From Deltaproteobacteria bacterium (GTDB lineage Bacteria; Desulfobacterota; Binatia; Bin18), in assembly GCA_016874775.1 (NCBI GenBank), contig VGTJ01000002.1, positions 8,700 through 72,699 of the forward strand: a stretch of DNA of 64,000 bases, read 5' to 3'. A program made the position numbers and the translations under genes. The notes below the pieces were generated by a model that was given only the letters and a program-made list of their open reading frames with translations, was not told the origin of the DNA and did not search any database. This document shows positions 56,452 to 64,000 of the stretch, in pieces. Numbering within the stretch: position 1 is the first letter of the stretch; every line of letters starts with the position of its first letter.

Positions 56452-58617
56452 ATGCAAAAAATACTGAGGCTCTTAGGCGCTTTCTGGACTGCCTTGCTAC
56501 TGCTGGTCCTGAACCTTTGCACTCTGCTCAGCCAAGCCCATGCTGGAGCACCGTTGTTTTACAATGAATCCACTGGGCAACCCTTTTCCTGGGTTGATGG
56601 CCGTGCCTTCTATGTGGTGGAGACTGGCGATCTCGGTACAATTGGTAATCTTCAGGCAAGAGAGATCGTCGACCGCGCATTTCAGCGCTGGGTGACCCTT
56701 CCAGGGGTGGTCCTACAGGCCGACAATTTAGAACGCATTCTCCCTCCCCTTCCACCTGCCGTACTCGCGCCGTTCCAACGTGATCTCACAATCGAGGACT
56801 TCACTACCATGGTGCCATGTCAAGTTTTTGGGAGCGACGGTCCTGATCGTCAGCGTACTCGTTTCGCTTGTGATGTCCGCAAAGCGTGCCTCGATCAAAA
56901 TCTTATAAACTGCCCCAGTCCCATTGTCTTCGACAACGATGGACAAATCATCGAGCTTATATTCGGAAAAGATAGCGGGGTCGTTGGTGTTTCTGGTCCC
57001 GAATTATTCATCCCGTCCGCAAGTGCTATCATTGGCGGCTCTGCAGTGATCAATGGCGCCGAGTTTACTGCTAAAGCTGAGCAGGCACGGATAGCAAATG
57101 AACCAGCTGATACCAATGTAAATTTTCTTGAAAGCGTGCTGGTCCATGAGATCGGTCATTTCCTTGGTATCGGCCATGGATCGGTGAACGGCGACACCGC
57201 CCTCTTGAATCCTTCAGTGCGCCGCCTGGCCACACAAGTAGCACCGGTAGCCCCAAGCACACTCATCTTTGCACCCGTCGATCAATTGTCGGCAGTCAAT
57301 GCCATCCACGTTGAGACAATGTATCCTACGCTCCTGAGCGGTAACCAGTTCAGCACTCCAGAACGCGATGATGAAAGTGCACTGGCAACACTGTACCCCT
57401 GCACCCCTAAGGCTGCAGCCAGTCAGCGCTGCTCGCGCCCGACCTCGTCGACCGGAACGATTGCCGGTCGTGTCTTCATCCCCGATCCGAACATGCCTGG
57501 TCAGTTGAAACCCGCACAAGGCGTCTTGGTTGTTGCCCGGAAAATCGATCCAGGAGACACGTTTGGCAGTTTGCGCGAAGCAGTTTCGCAGATCACAGGC
57601 AGTTCTTTTGCCCCAAGCCGCTGTAATGGTGTCCTTTTCAGTGACGACAACAACGACAACCAACCTGGTGCTGATGAAGTGCAGTTTCGTGGCCTCTTCG
57701 GCGCATGCTCGCGAAACGATGACCCATTCGGCGCTGGAGTAGAGGAGTGTAAAACGCAATTGAACGGGAAATTTCCTTCGGCTGCCTATCGTTTCCGCGG
57801 CTTCTGCGGCTTCTTGAAGCTTGGCTTCGGCTTGCCCCGCCCAGTGGGAGCACCAGAAGAAAATACGTATACGTTGGCAAACCTCACTCCTGGCAAGTAC
57901 CTGATCCACGCTACCCCGGTTTTTCAAGGCGGATTTTCATCTCCGGTGCGCAGCACTTCAGGGCTCATTGGCTTAACCGGTCAGTTAGATCCTGTGATCA
58001 ACACGGATGACAACACCAAGTTTGCCTTCTTTCCCAACCCACAGATCGGTGAATTCTACAACGGTCCGATAACAGGCTGTGGTTCCGACATCACTGTCTG
58101 TGGGGACGAAAAGCCGAACGCCACCGATAACCCTTTTGTATACTCGTTGATCGATGTCAAACCCGGAGAGCGAGTCAGCAACATCAATATTTTGATGAAC
58201 ACGTCGGAAGTGGACTTTTTACGCGATCCTGGCTTTCAGCTGTGCACCGTCGGAGATGTCAACAGCGACAAGTTGGTCAATCGGGACGACGTGCTCGCGG
58301 TACTCAAAGAAACAGACAAGTCCGAGAGAGGGAAGAAGTTCAACCAGAAGGCTGATCTGAATCAGGATGGGAAAGTCACGTTTTTTGACGTCGATCTCAT
58401 CACCGACGTTGTGACCCTTCCCCGTCTCACACCTGACGCCACGCAGCAAGAATTGAAACGAGCGATTGCCCCATTCGATGCTATTTGCCGCGCGGCGGCA
58501 AGCGGCGATTGCGCAATCGAAGCCCCAGCCTCGGATATTCAGGAGGACGGCAAAGCAAGCGAAGCGACCTGCACCCGGGCAAAAGAACTTGGCTGTCGCG
58601 TGATCGACTGTCCGTAA
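56452..58617 (+). CDS. secreted metzincin-type zinc metalloprotease with a C-terminal dockerin-like (type I) Ca-binding module
   Basis: The signal peptide is MQKILRLLGAFWTALLLLVLNL.... HEIGHFLGIGHG matches the HExxHxxGxxH motif. The C-terminal paired loops GDVNSDKLVNRDDVLAV and DLNQDGKVTFFDVDLI form the dockerin repeat signature. The RBS and leader are nearly identical to those of the upstream gene. Confidence 0.75.
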   Translation: MQKILRLLGAFWTALLLLVLNLCTLLSQAHAGAPLFYNESTGQPFSWVDGRAFYVVETGDLGTIGNLQAREIVDRAFQRWVTLPGVVLQADNLERILPPLPPAVLAPFQRDLTIEDFTTMVPCQVFGSDGPDRQRTRFACDVRKACLDQNLINCPSPIVFDNDGQIIELIFGKDSGVVGVSGPELFIPSASAIIGGSAVINGAEFTAKAEQARIANEPADTNVNFLESVLVHEIGHFLGIGHGSVNGDTALLNPSVRRLATQVAPVAPSTLIFAPVDQLSAVNAIHVETMYPTLLSGNQFSTPERDDESALATLYPCTPKAAASQRCSRPTSSTGTIAGRVFIPDPNMPGQLKPAQGVLVVARKIDPGDTFGSLREAVSQITGSSFAPSRCNGVLFSDDNNDNQPGADEVQFRGLFGACSRNDDPFGAGVEECKTQLNGKFPSAAYRFRGFCGFLKLGFGLPRPVGAPEENTYTLANLTPGKYLIHATPVFQGGFSSPVRSTSGLIGLTGQLDPVINTDDNTKFAFFPNPQIGEFYNGPITGCGSDITVCGDEKPNATDNPFVYSLIDVKPGERVSNINILMNTSEVDFLRDPGFQLCTVGDVNSDKLVNRDDVLAVLKETDKSERGKKFNQKADLNQDGKVTFFDVDLITDVVTLPRLTPDATQQELKRAIAPFDAICRAAASGDCAIEAPASDIQEDGKASEATCTRAKELGCRVIDCP

Positions 58618-58652
58618 CCGTTGTACCAGGGCATCCCCGTAGTTGTTCACGT

Positions 58653-58686
58653 GAGGGCCAGGCAGTTCCTGAGCCCTCTTTTTTTC
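58653..58686 (+). terminator. rho-independent terminator
   Basis: GAGGGCCAGG-cagtt-CCTGAGCCCTC is followed by TTTTTTT, and starts 36 nt after the protease stop. Confidence 0.6.
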
Positions 58687-58894
58687 TTCGTTCGCCTCGT
58701 TTCATAAAATTCCATAAAAATTCTCAGAAGGGAAACCGAAAGCCACGAGACTTTTTGCACGCAGGATGATAGGAGCTGGAAGCGCTAGAGAAAAAGAGCT
58801 GTTGACCCTTGCATCACGGATTGTATTTGTGTGACAATCTTCCCCAGGGGGCTGCTCATCACTACCTGTCGTCGCTTCTGTGCAGCAATGGAAT

Positions 58895-60160
58895 ATGAGA
58901 CACTTGCTTTTTGCCTTGGTGTGCGCCGTTACGATGGTCTGGGGCTCAGTGGTCATCGCACAAGATGACAAAGGCTCTCAGACCGCTCTTCCTGTATCCA
59001 CTGCTCATGAGTTGTTTGGCAAGCAGTGTGGGCTGTGTCACGAACCGTTCAAAGGAGCCCCGGAACAACTGTGCATCAAGTGTCATGCGGGCCCACTGCA
59101 TGCCGCAACACAGACCGTGACCCCACCGTGCATTTCTTGCCACGTCGAACACAAAGAACAGAAAAAGCTCGCGGCGGTGACCAACGAACAGTGCGTGACC
59201 TGCCATAAAGACCTGAAGGTAAAAGATAGTGCGCCAACCTTTGCGAAAAAAGTCACGAGCTTCGCGAGCGATCACCCTGAGTTTGCCATTTCACTCAAAA
59301 GTGGCATCGGGATAAAACGGGTACGCCTGAACGAAGCAGGTGGGAACCAAAGTGACCGCACGACATTGACGTTCCCCCATGATGAACATCTTAAAGCGGA
59401 CCTCAAAAGCCCCAAGGGTCAGGTGACATTAGCGTGTAAAGATTGCCATGCCACGGCAGATGACGGGAAACAAATTGCTCCGATCGTCTATGAAAAGCAC
59501 TGCAAAAGCTGCCATGAATTGGTGTTCCCTGGCATGCAGAACAATCGGCCTGCACCTCACGCTGAGCCCTCCATCGTGCACGGTTTCTTAGTCGTAACCT
59601 TTGCAGAACGGCGGGCGGATACTCCTCCCCCCTCCCCTTCTACTCCGCCGCTGCTCCTTTCTCCTGGGCGGCTCACGCGACCGGTGGAATCGGTGTCACC
59701 TGTAGTGACGGCCCCGACTTCAGGCCAGTCGGTGGCTGCGGCAGAAAAACATTTGTACACGATCACCTGCAATTTCTGCCATGCGGTAGAAAATCCGCAG
59801 GCACGCATTCCGACCATTGCACGCGTTGCTATTCCGAAGGTGTGGCTCCCTTATGGCCTCTATCCCCATAGAGATCACCGACTGTTAGAGTGCGCCGCAT
59901 GTCATACCGATATGGCGAAGAGCAAATCCGCGAAAGACGTCAACCTGCCCAGCATTAAAGTCTGCCAACAGTGTCATCGCGCGGATGTACAAGTGGCGAC
60001 GGCCACCTCGTCGTCGCAACACACTGCGACGACGAATTGTGTTTCCTGCCATCTGTATCACGATAAGACGAAAGATATCGATTGGTTAGGGAATTTCACC
60101 GTGCAGCGAGTCTTAACTGAAGGAGACGACCCCAAAGCAGTAGGGCAAACGAAAAAATAG
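58895..60160 (+). CDS. secreted decahaem c-type cytochrome
   Basis: The signal peptide is MRHLLFALVCAVTMVWGSVVIAQD. There are ten CxxCH motifs: CGLCH, CIKCH, CISCH, CVTCH, CKDCH, CKSCH, CNFCH, CAACH, CQQCH and CVSCH. The track ORF starts at a GTG five codons upstream. Confidence 0.85.
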   Translation: MRHLLFALVCAVTMVWGSVVIAQDDKGSQTALPVSTAHELFGKQCGLCHEPFKGAPEQLCIKCHAGPLHAATQTVTPPCISCHVEHKEQKKLAAVTNEQCVTCHKDLKVKDSAPTFAKKVTSFASDHPEFAISLKSGIGIKRVRLNEAGGNQSDRTTLTFPHDEHLKADLKSPKGQVTLACKDCHATADDGKQIAPIVYEKHCKSCHELVFPGMQNNRPAPHAEPSIVHGFLVVTFAERRADTPPPSPSTPPLLLSPGRLTRPVESVSPVVTAPTSGQSVAAAEKHLYTITCNFCHAVENPQARIPTIARVAIPKVWLPYGLYPHRDHRLLECAACHTDMAKSKSAKDVNLPSIKVCQQCHRADVQVATATSSSQHTATTNCVSCHLYHDKTKDIDWLGNFTVQRVLTEGDDPKAVGQTKK

Positions 60161-60327
60161 TAAGCGCAAGAGTTCACGGAACACTTTCGACTCTTCATTC
60201 TCGACAACCACACTTCAGGCAATTCCCTGAGTGCTCCACAGGCCGAGTTGACCGACTTTACGACAGTTCACCACTTGTGCTACTCTACGTTGATCAGCGC
60301 ATCGGGTGGGTAGGAAGGACAACACGT

Positions 60328-62022
60328 ATGCTGAGAATACGACTCTCGACTGGAGTGCTATTTGTACTGCTTTCTGTATCTAGCTTCAGTCTCCCCTCTT
60401 TTACAGCCGCACAGGCGTGTAACCCAGCAACCCCTCCGCTGTGCGCTAGTGAGGTCCAGGCTATTATTGACACAGCCATCGCGGTCACTGACCAGCCTCT
60501 GGTCGTGGCTGTCGTCGATCGGGTCGGGAATCCGCTCGCAGTATTCCGTAAGAGTGGAGCGCCGACACAGGTTGCAGGAAACTTCTCGGGTGAGGCGTTG
60601 CTCAGTAATCCACGCTATGACGCTGCAGAAGTTGCGCTTTCTCTTGCGCGAACAGGAGCGTTTTTTAGCCACAACCAAGCACCACTGTCATCGCGTACCG
60701 TCCGCTTCATCAGCGGCATCCATTTTCCCCCTGCAGTCAGATTCACTCCCAACGCCGCCTTGTACGGCATCGAAAATACCAATCGCGGGTGTGAATTTAA
60801 CGCCACGTTTAATGACGGCAAAGAGGTTCCGCGTGCCAAGGCACTCAGTGGTCTCTCGTGCAATAGTAGTGATCGTCGTGGCTGTAGTCTTGGTATTACC
60901 ACAGGAAAATTGAATTTCTTTGACAAAGACCCTGTCGACGAAGACATCGTCGCCGTCAATGGCGGCGGCATTCCCTTATTCAAAGGCAACACCGCTGTAG
61001 GCGGAGTCGGGGTCGTCGGAAATTTTTCTCCCAATCTCAATGCATCGAATGATTTCGCTGAACTGGTCGCTTTCCTCGCTGCCTTTCAGCCGAAGAAGAC
61101 GGGCGTGCTTCCCGTACCTGCATTTTTTGTCAGAGATTTGCGCGAGCGTGTGTTCATTGATGGGATTCGACTCCCATTCGTGAATCGCGATGTGGCCAAT
61201 CTCGCTGTCAAAGGTAAACTGCCCAAAGCGATCAACCCAGACCCAGCTCCAACTGGAGAACTCATCTTCCCTGCGCAAGGTGGTCCGCGCGACGGTCAGT
61301 GTTTTGATCGCGACGAGAATAATGGTGTGTGTCGCGCTGCGCCTGAAGGGTATTTGATTGGCCCCAAAGCTGGCTCGAAACTCTCGGTCGAGGAAGTCGA
61401 CCGCATCGTACAGAATTCGCTGCGGACCGCAAATGAGACACGCGCCGCCATCCGTTTTCCACGTGGGCAAAAAACCAAGATGATGATCTCGGTGGCTGAT
61501 GTAGATGGTAGTCTCCTTGCCGTCTTCCGCATGCCGGATGCGACAATTTTTAGCATTGATGTGGCAACGGCCAAGTCACGCAATGTGATCTATTTTAGTG
61601 GTGCTGACGCTAATGTCCGAGATGACCTTCCTGGGGTACCGCAAGATACGTCCATTAGTAATCGCACGCTCAGTTTCGGCAGCCAACCCCTCTATCCACC
61701 TGGCATCGATACCGGTGGCGAAGGACCATTTTTCCGCTCTTTATATATCCCAGACACCATCACCCCGTGTACACAAGGAACACAGGCGCCGAATCCGAAT
61801 CAGAGTGGCATTGTCTTCTTCCCAGGGAGTCTGCCGTTATACAGGAACGGAGAGATTATCGGTGGTCTGGGAATCAGTGGTGACGGAGTTGAACAAGATG
61901 ACTTTGTCACGGCTGCGGGAGCAGTTGGATTCGAACCACCGGATAAGATCCGAGCGGATCAGTTCTTTATTCGGGGTGCCCGTCTCGCCTATCTCAAGTT
62001 CCCAAGAAACGCCACGAAATAA
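60328..62022 (+). CDS. secreted protein with two DUF336/GlcG-like (HbpS-like haem-binding/degrading) domains
   Basis: AGGAAGGA RBS precedes the ATG at 60328. The signal peptide is MLRIRLSTGVLFVLLSVSSFSLPSFTAAQA. The first domain is ...PLVVAVVDRVGNPLAVFRKSGA...ALSLARTGAFFS. The second is ...KMMISVADVDGSLLAVFRMPDA...ATAKSRNVIYFS. Both match the conserved Vxd..G.l.A.F.R...A....s..KA.T.A.F pattern of the GlcG family. Confidence 0.45.
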   Translation: MLRIRLSTGVLFVLLSVSSFSLPSFTAAQACNPATPPLCASEVQAIIDTAIAVTDQPLVVAVVDRVGNPLAVFRKSGAPTQVAGNFSGEALLSNPRYDAAEVALSLARTGAFFSHNQAPLSSRTVRFISGIHFPPAVRFTPNAALYGIENTNRGCEFNATFNDGKEVPRAKALSGLSCNSSDRRGCSLGITTGKLNFFDKDPVDEDIVAVNGGGIPLFKGNTAVGGVGVVGNFSPNLNASNDFAELVAFLAAFQPKKTGVLPVPAFFVRDLRERVFIDGIRLPFVNRDVANLAVKGKLPKAINPDPAPTGELIFPAQGGPRDGQCFDRDENNGVCRAAPEGYLIGPKAGSKLSVEEVDRIVQNSLRTANETRAAIRFPRGQKTKMMISVADVDGSLLAVFRMPDATIFSIDVATAKSRNVIYFSGADANVRDDLPGVPQDTSISNRTLSFGSQPLYPPGIDTGGEGPFFRSLYIPDTITPCTQGTQAPNPNQSGIVFFPGSLPLYRNGEIIGGLGISGDGVEQDDFVTAAGAVGFEPPDKIRADQFFIRGARLAYLKFPRNATK

Positions 62023-62061
62023 GGTCATGTCACTAGCTGTGGGGAAATGAGGGGGGTCGTC

Positions 62062-64000
62062 ATGCGTACAAGCACATTCAGAAAAATGAAACGGAAGCGA
62101 GCATTGATTGCAGCCCTTTCGCTTCTCATCGTCACTGCGACCCACCAGAGCTGGGGCGCAGAGGCTGGAACACCCACACTCGCGATCAATCGCGGCTTAC
62201 CAATCTACACGTCCGATGTGTCTCCTCGTCTTCACGGTACGTCGACCGCGCCCCAAGGGTCACGCGTTATAGCGGTGATCGGGAAGACCACCGCCTCGAC
62301 GATCGTGCTCCCTGGAGGCACCTGGATTATCGATTGGCCGGAACGGCTCGCACCGGGCAATTACAAACTGACAGTGACGGTGAGTGACGTACAAGGAGCG
62401 AGTTCGAGCGCGGTACAAACTGTCACCATCAGTCCTCCAGGCACTGCGGTTCGGCGCCCGCTCCTCTCCCCTCCCGATGAGTTCAAACCCGTGCCGCTGG
62501 AGGAATCCGCAGAGGCAGAGTTCCAAGCCACAACAGACCGCTGGCGTATTACCCCGCCACCGTACGAAGTGAACGTCAAAGGCAGTCTGTGGGATCCCTA
62601 TAATCAGAACGTCTTGAAAGGCGACTATCCGATCTGGGGAACACAAGATGTGTTTTTGAACCTTACTGGTGCCTGGGATACGCTGACCGAGGTCCGCAAG
62701 ACACCGGTCCCAAGCGGCCCTAGTAGTGAACGCCCAGGCAGCGCACAGTTCCTTGGCAACGACACCCAATTCCTCCTGAATCAGAATTTCATTTTGTCGG
62801 CGGATCTGTTCAAGGGCGATACCGCTTTCAAACCGTTTGATTGGCGCGCGAAATTCACTTTCATTGGCAACCTTAACTATGCGTTAGTCGAAGAGCGCGG
62901 CGCCCTCTTCCCTGGCGTACGAAGAGGCACGACCCGCACCGACGGGCACCCAGCTTTACAAGAAGCCTTTGTGGAAGCCAAATTGGCCGACCTCAGCCCC
63001 AATTACGATTTCATTTCGATACGCGCAGGTATTCAGCCGTTTAACAGCGATTTCAAGGGCTTCGTCTTTTCCGATACGACCCTCGGGGTGCGGTTGTTTG
63101 GCAATTACAATAACAATTTAGATCAATACAACCTGGTGTATTTTGATCGGTTGGAGAAAGATACCAACAGCGGATTGAACCGCTATCGTCTGCGTGACCA
63201 AAAACTCTTGATTGCCAACTACTACCGGCAAGATTTTCTCGTGAAAGGGTACACGACCCAGTTTAGTGTCCATCATCTGTGGGAAGGGAAATCATTTCAC
63301 TTCGATCAAAATGATTTCTTAGTACGCCCAGACCCAGTGGGATCCTTTCGCCCACATTCCCTCAATGCGACATATTTAGGCTGGACCAGTTTTGGCCACT
63401 ATGAACGCATCAATATCGACTCGGCCTTCTACTATGTTCTTGGGCGCGACACGCGTAACCCCATTGCCGGTCGTAGTATTAACATTGCCGCGTATATGGG
63501 TGCCCTCGAACTCTCGATTGATCGCGATTGGTTACGTCCGAAGATTTCGTATTTCCACGCTTCTGGTGACGGTGACCCTCTCGACGGCAGAGGGACTGGT
63601 TTTGACGCAATTTTTGACAACCCAGCTTTTGCTGGCGGCGGATTCAGCTACTGGAACCGCCTCGGCGTGAAACTCACCGGCACCGGCGTCAATCTCGTCA
63701 ATCGCGGCAGCCTGCTACCTGATCTACGGAGTAGCAAAGATGAAGGACAGCCCAATTTCGTCAATCCCGGTATTCACCTGTTCAACGTCGGCCTCGACAC
63801 CGAGTTCACTCCAAAAGTCAAAGGCATCTTTAATGTGAACTACATGGTCTTCGACACAACCAAACCGCTCAAGTTTCTGCTGTTTCAGAAGCGGGTCGGA
63901 GACGAGCTTGGGTGGGATTTCAGTGCAGGGTTACGATACCGGCCGTATCTTAATAACAACGTCATCATTCTTGTTGGAACGGCGGTGTTTCTCCCCGGCG
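62062..64000 (+). CDS. outer-membrane protein, partial (3' end beyond the window): signal peptide, Ig-like domain, beta-barrel, possibly alginate-export (AlgE)-like family
   Basis: GAGGGGGG RBS is present. The signal peptide is MRTSTFRKMKRKRALIAALSLLIVTATHQSWGA. The beta-rich Ig-like segment is ...NYKLTVTVSDVQGASSSAVQTVTISPPG. Alternating strands follow, rich in Tyr/Phe/Gly/Asn (GDGDPLDGRGTGFDAIFDNPAFAGGGFSYWNRL). The family call is tentative. Confidence 0.4.
   Translation, partial: MRTSTFRKMKRKRALIAALSLLIVTATHQSWGAEAGTPTLAINRGLPIYTSDVSPRLHGTSTAPQGSRVIAVIGKTTASTIVLPGGTWIIDWPERLAPGNYKLTVTVSDVQGASSSAVQTVTISPPGTAVRRPLLSPPDEFKPVPLEESAEAEFQATTDRWRITPPPYEVNVKGSLWDPYNQNVLKGDYPIWGTQDVFLNLTGAWDTLTEVRKTPVPSGPSSERPGSAQFLGNDTQFLLNQNFILSADLFKGDTAFKPFDWRAKFTFIGNLNYALVEERGALFPGVRRGTTRTDGHPALQEAFVEAKLADLSPNYDFISIRAGIQPFNSDFKGFVFSDTTLGVRLFGNYNNNLDQYNLVYFDRLEKDTNSGLNRYRLRDQKLLIANYYRQDFLVKGYTTQFSVHHLWEGKSFHFDQNDFLVRPDPVGSFRPHSLNATYLGWTSFGHYERINIDSAFYYVLGRDTRNPIAGRSINIAAYMGALELSIDRDWLRPKISYFHASGDGDPLDGRGTGFDAIFDNPAFAGGGFSYWNRLGVKLTGTGVNLVNRGSLLPDLRSSKDEGQPNFVNPGIHLFNVGLDTEFTPKVKGIFNVNYMVFDTTKPLKFLLFQKRVGDELGWDFSAGLRYRPYLNNNVIILVGTAVFLPG

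Noticed and set aside
61921-61950. GGATTCGAACCACC, the reverse complement of a tRNA T-arm-like GGTGGTTCGAATCC
   Set aside because: It lies inside the DUF336-protein CDS, where it encodes GFEPP. No acceptor, D or anticodon arms can be folded around it. It is a coincidental motif.

Overview
This 64-kb chromosomal window comes from a moderately GC-rich bacterium that looks diderm. Evidence for that: lipobox lipoproteins, beta-barrel-like proteins ending in Phe, and periplasmic multihaem c-type cytochromes. I found no rRNA, tRNA or CRISPR array.

Layout:
1. 1-21 kb, ordinary core genes. These are a partial CobW-like GTPase, a UvrD/PcrA-like helicase, an alpha/beta hydrolase, argS, dprA-topA-trmFO with an ATGA-coupled lipoprotein gene, an acyl-CoA dehydrogenase, several small lipoproteins, a LolA-like lipoprotein plus TPR lipoprotein pair, a CPA2 antiporter fused to two USP domains, an LLM flavin oxidoreductase and an MBL-fold hydrolase.
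2. 21.3-22.3 kb, a vapB/vapC toxin-antitoxin pair. The vapC is split by a 169-bp MITE-like insertion with 11-bp target-site duplication and about 19-bp terminal inverted repeats.
3. 22.2-37.5 kb, metabolic genes. These are a NadD-like nucleotidyltransferase, a class III adenylyl cyclase fused to an FHA domain, and a complete oxidative pentose-phosphate and glucose cluster. That cluster has split transketolase, a transaldolase-PGI fusion, gnd, zwf, glk, a GH63-like glycosidase, pgl and a HAD-IIA phosphatase.
4. 37.6-52 kb, the candidate novel system. This is a phospho-Ser/Thr- and cNMP-linked electron-transfer module:
- a protein with two cNMP-binding domains fused to about four [4Fe-4S]-type Cys clusters;
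- a membrane protein with two H-x13-H pairs (di-haem b-type signature);
- a 1330-aa single polypeptide reading 3xFHA, TM, about 10-haem cytochrome c, TM, 2x[4Fe-4S] ferredoxin, FAD/NAD(P) pyridine-nucleotide oxidoreductase;
- a small secreted NTF2-like protein;
- a 2089-aa Ser/Thr kinase (kinase domain, a ~1100-aa repetitive helical region, TM, a ~300-aa TolA-like K/E/A-repeat spacer, NTF2-like C-terminal domain);
- a PP2C phosphatase.
5. 52-64 kb, an envelope and secreted locus. It holds two divergent paralogous outer-membrane beta-barrel candidates, a secreted protein and a metzincin-dockerin protease that share duplicated 5' leaders, a secreted decahaem cytochrome c, a secreted protein with two DUF336/GlcG-like domains, and a partial Ig-like plus beta-barrel protein.

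Non-coding signals:
- two tandem ~157-bp structured repeats whose hairpins show compensatory base changes;
- a ~110-bp element present upstream of zwf and upstream of an OMP gene;
- near-identical 165-bp in-frame tandem repeats inside the kinase gene;
- several terminator-like hairpins.
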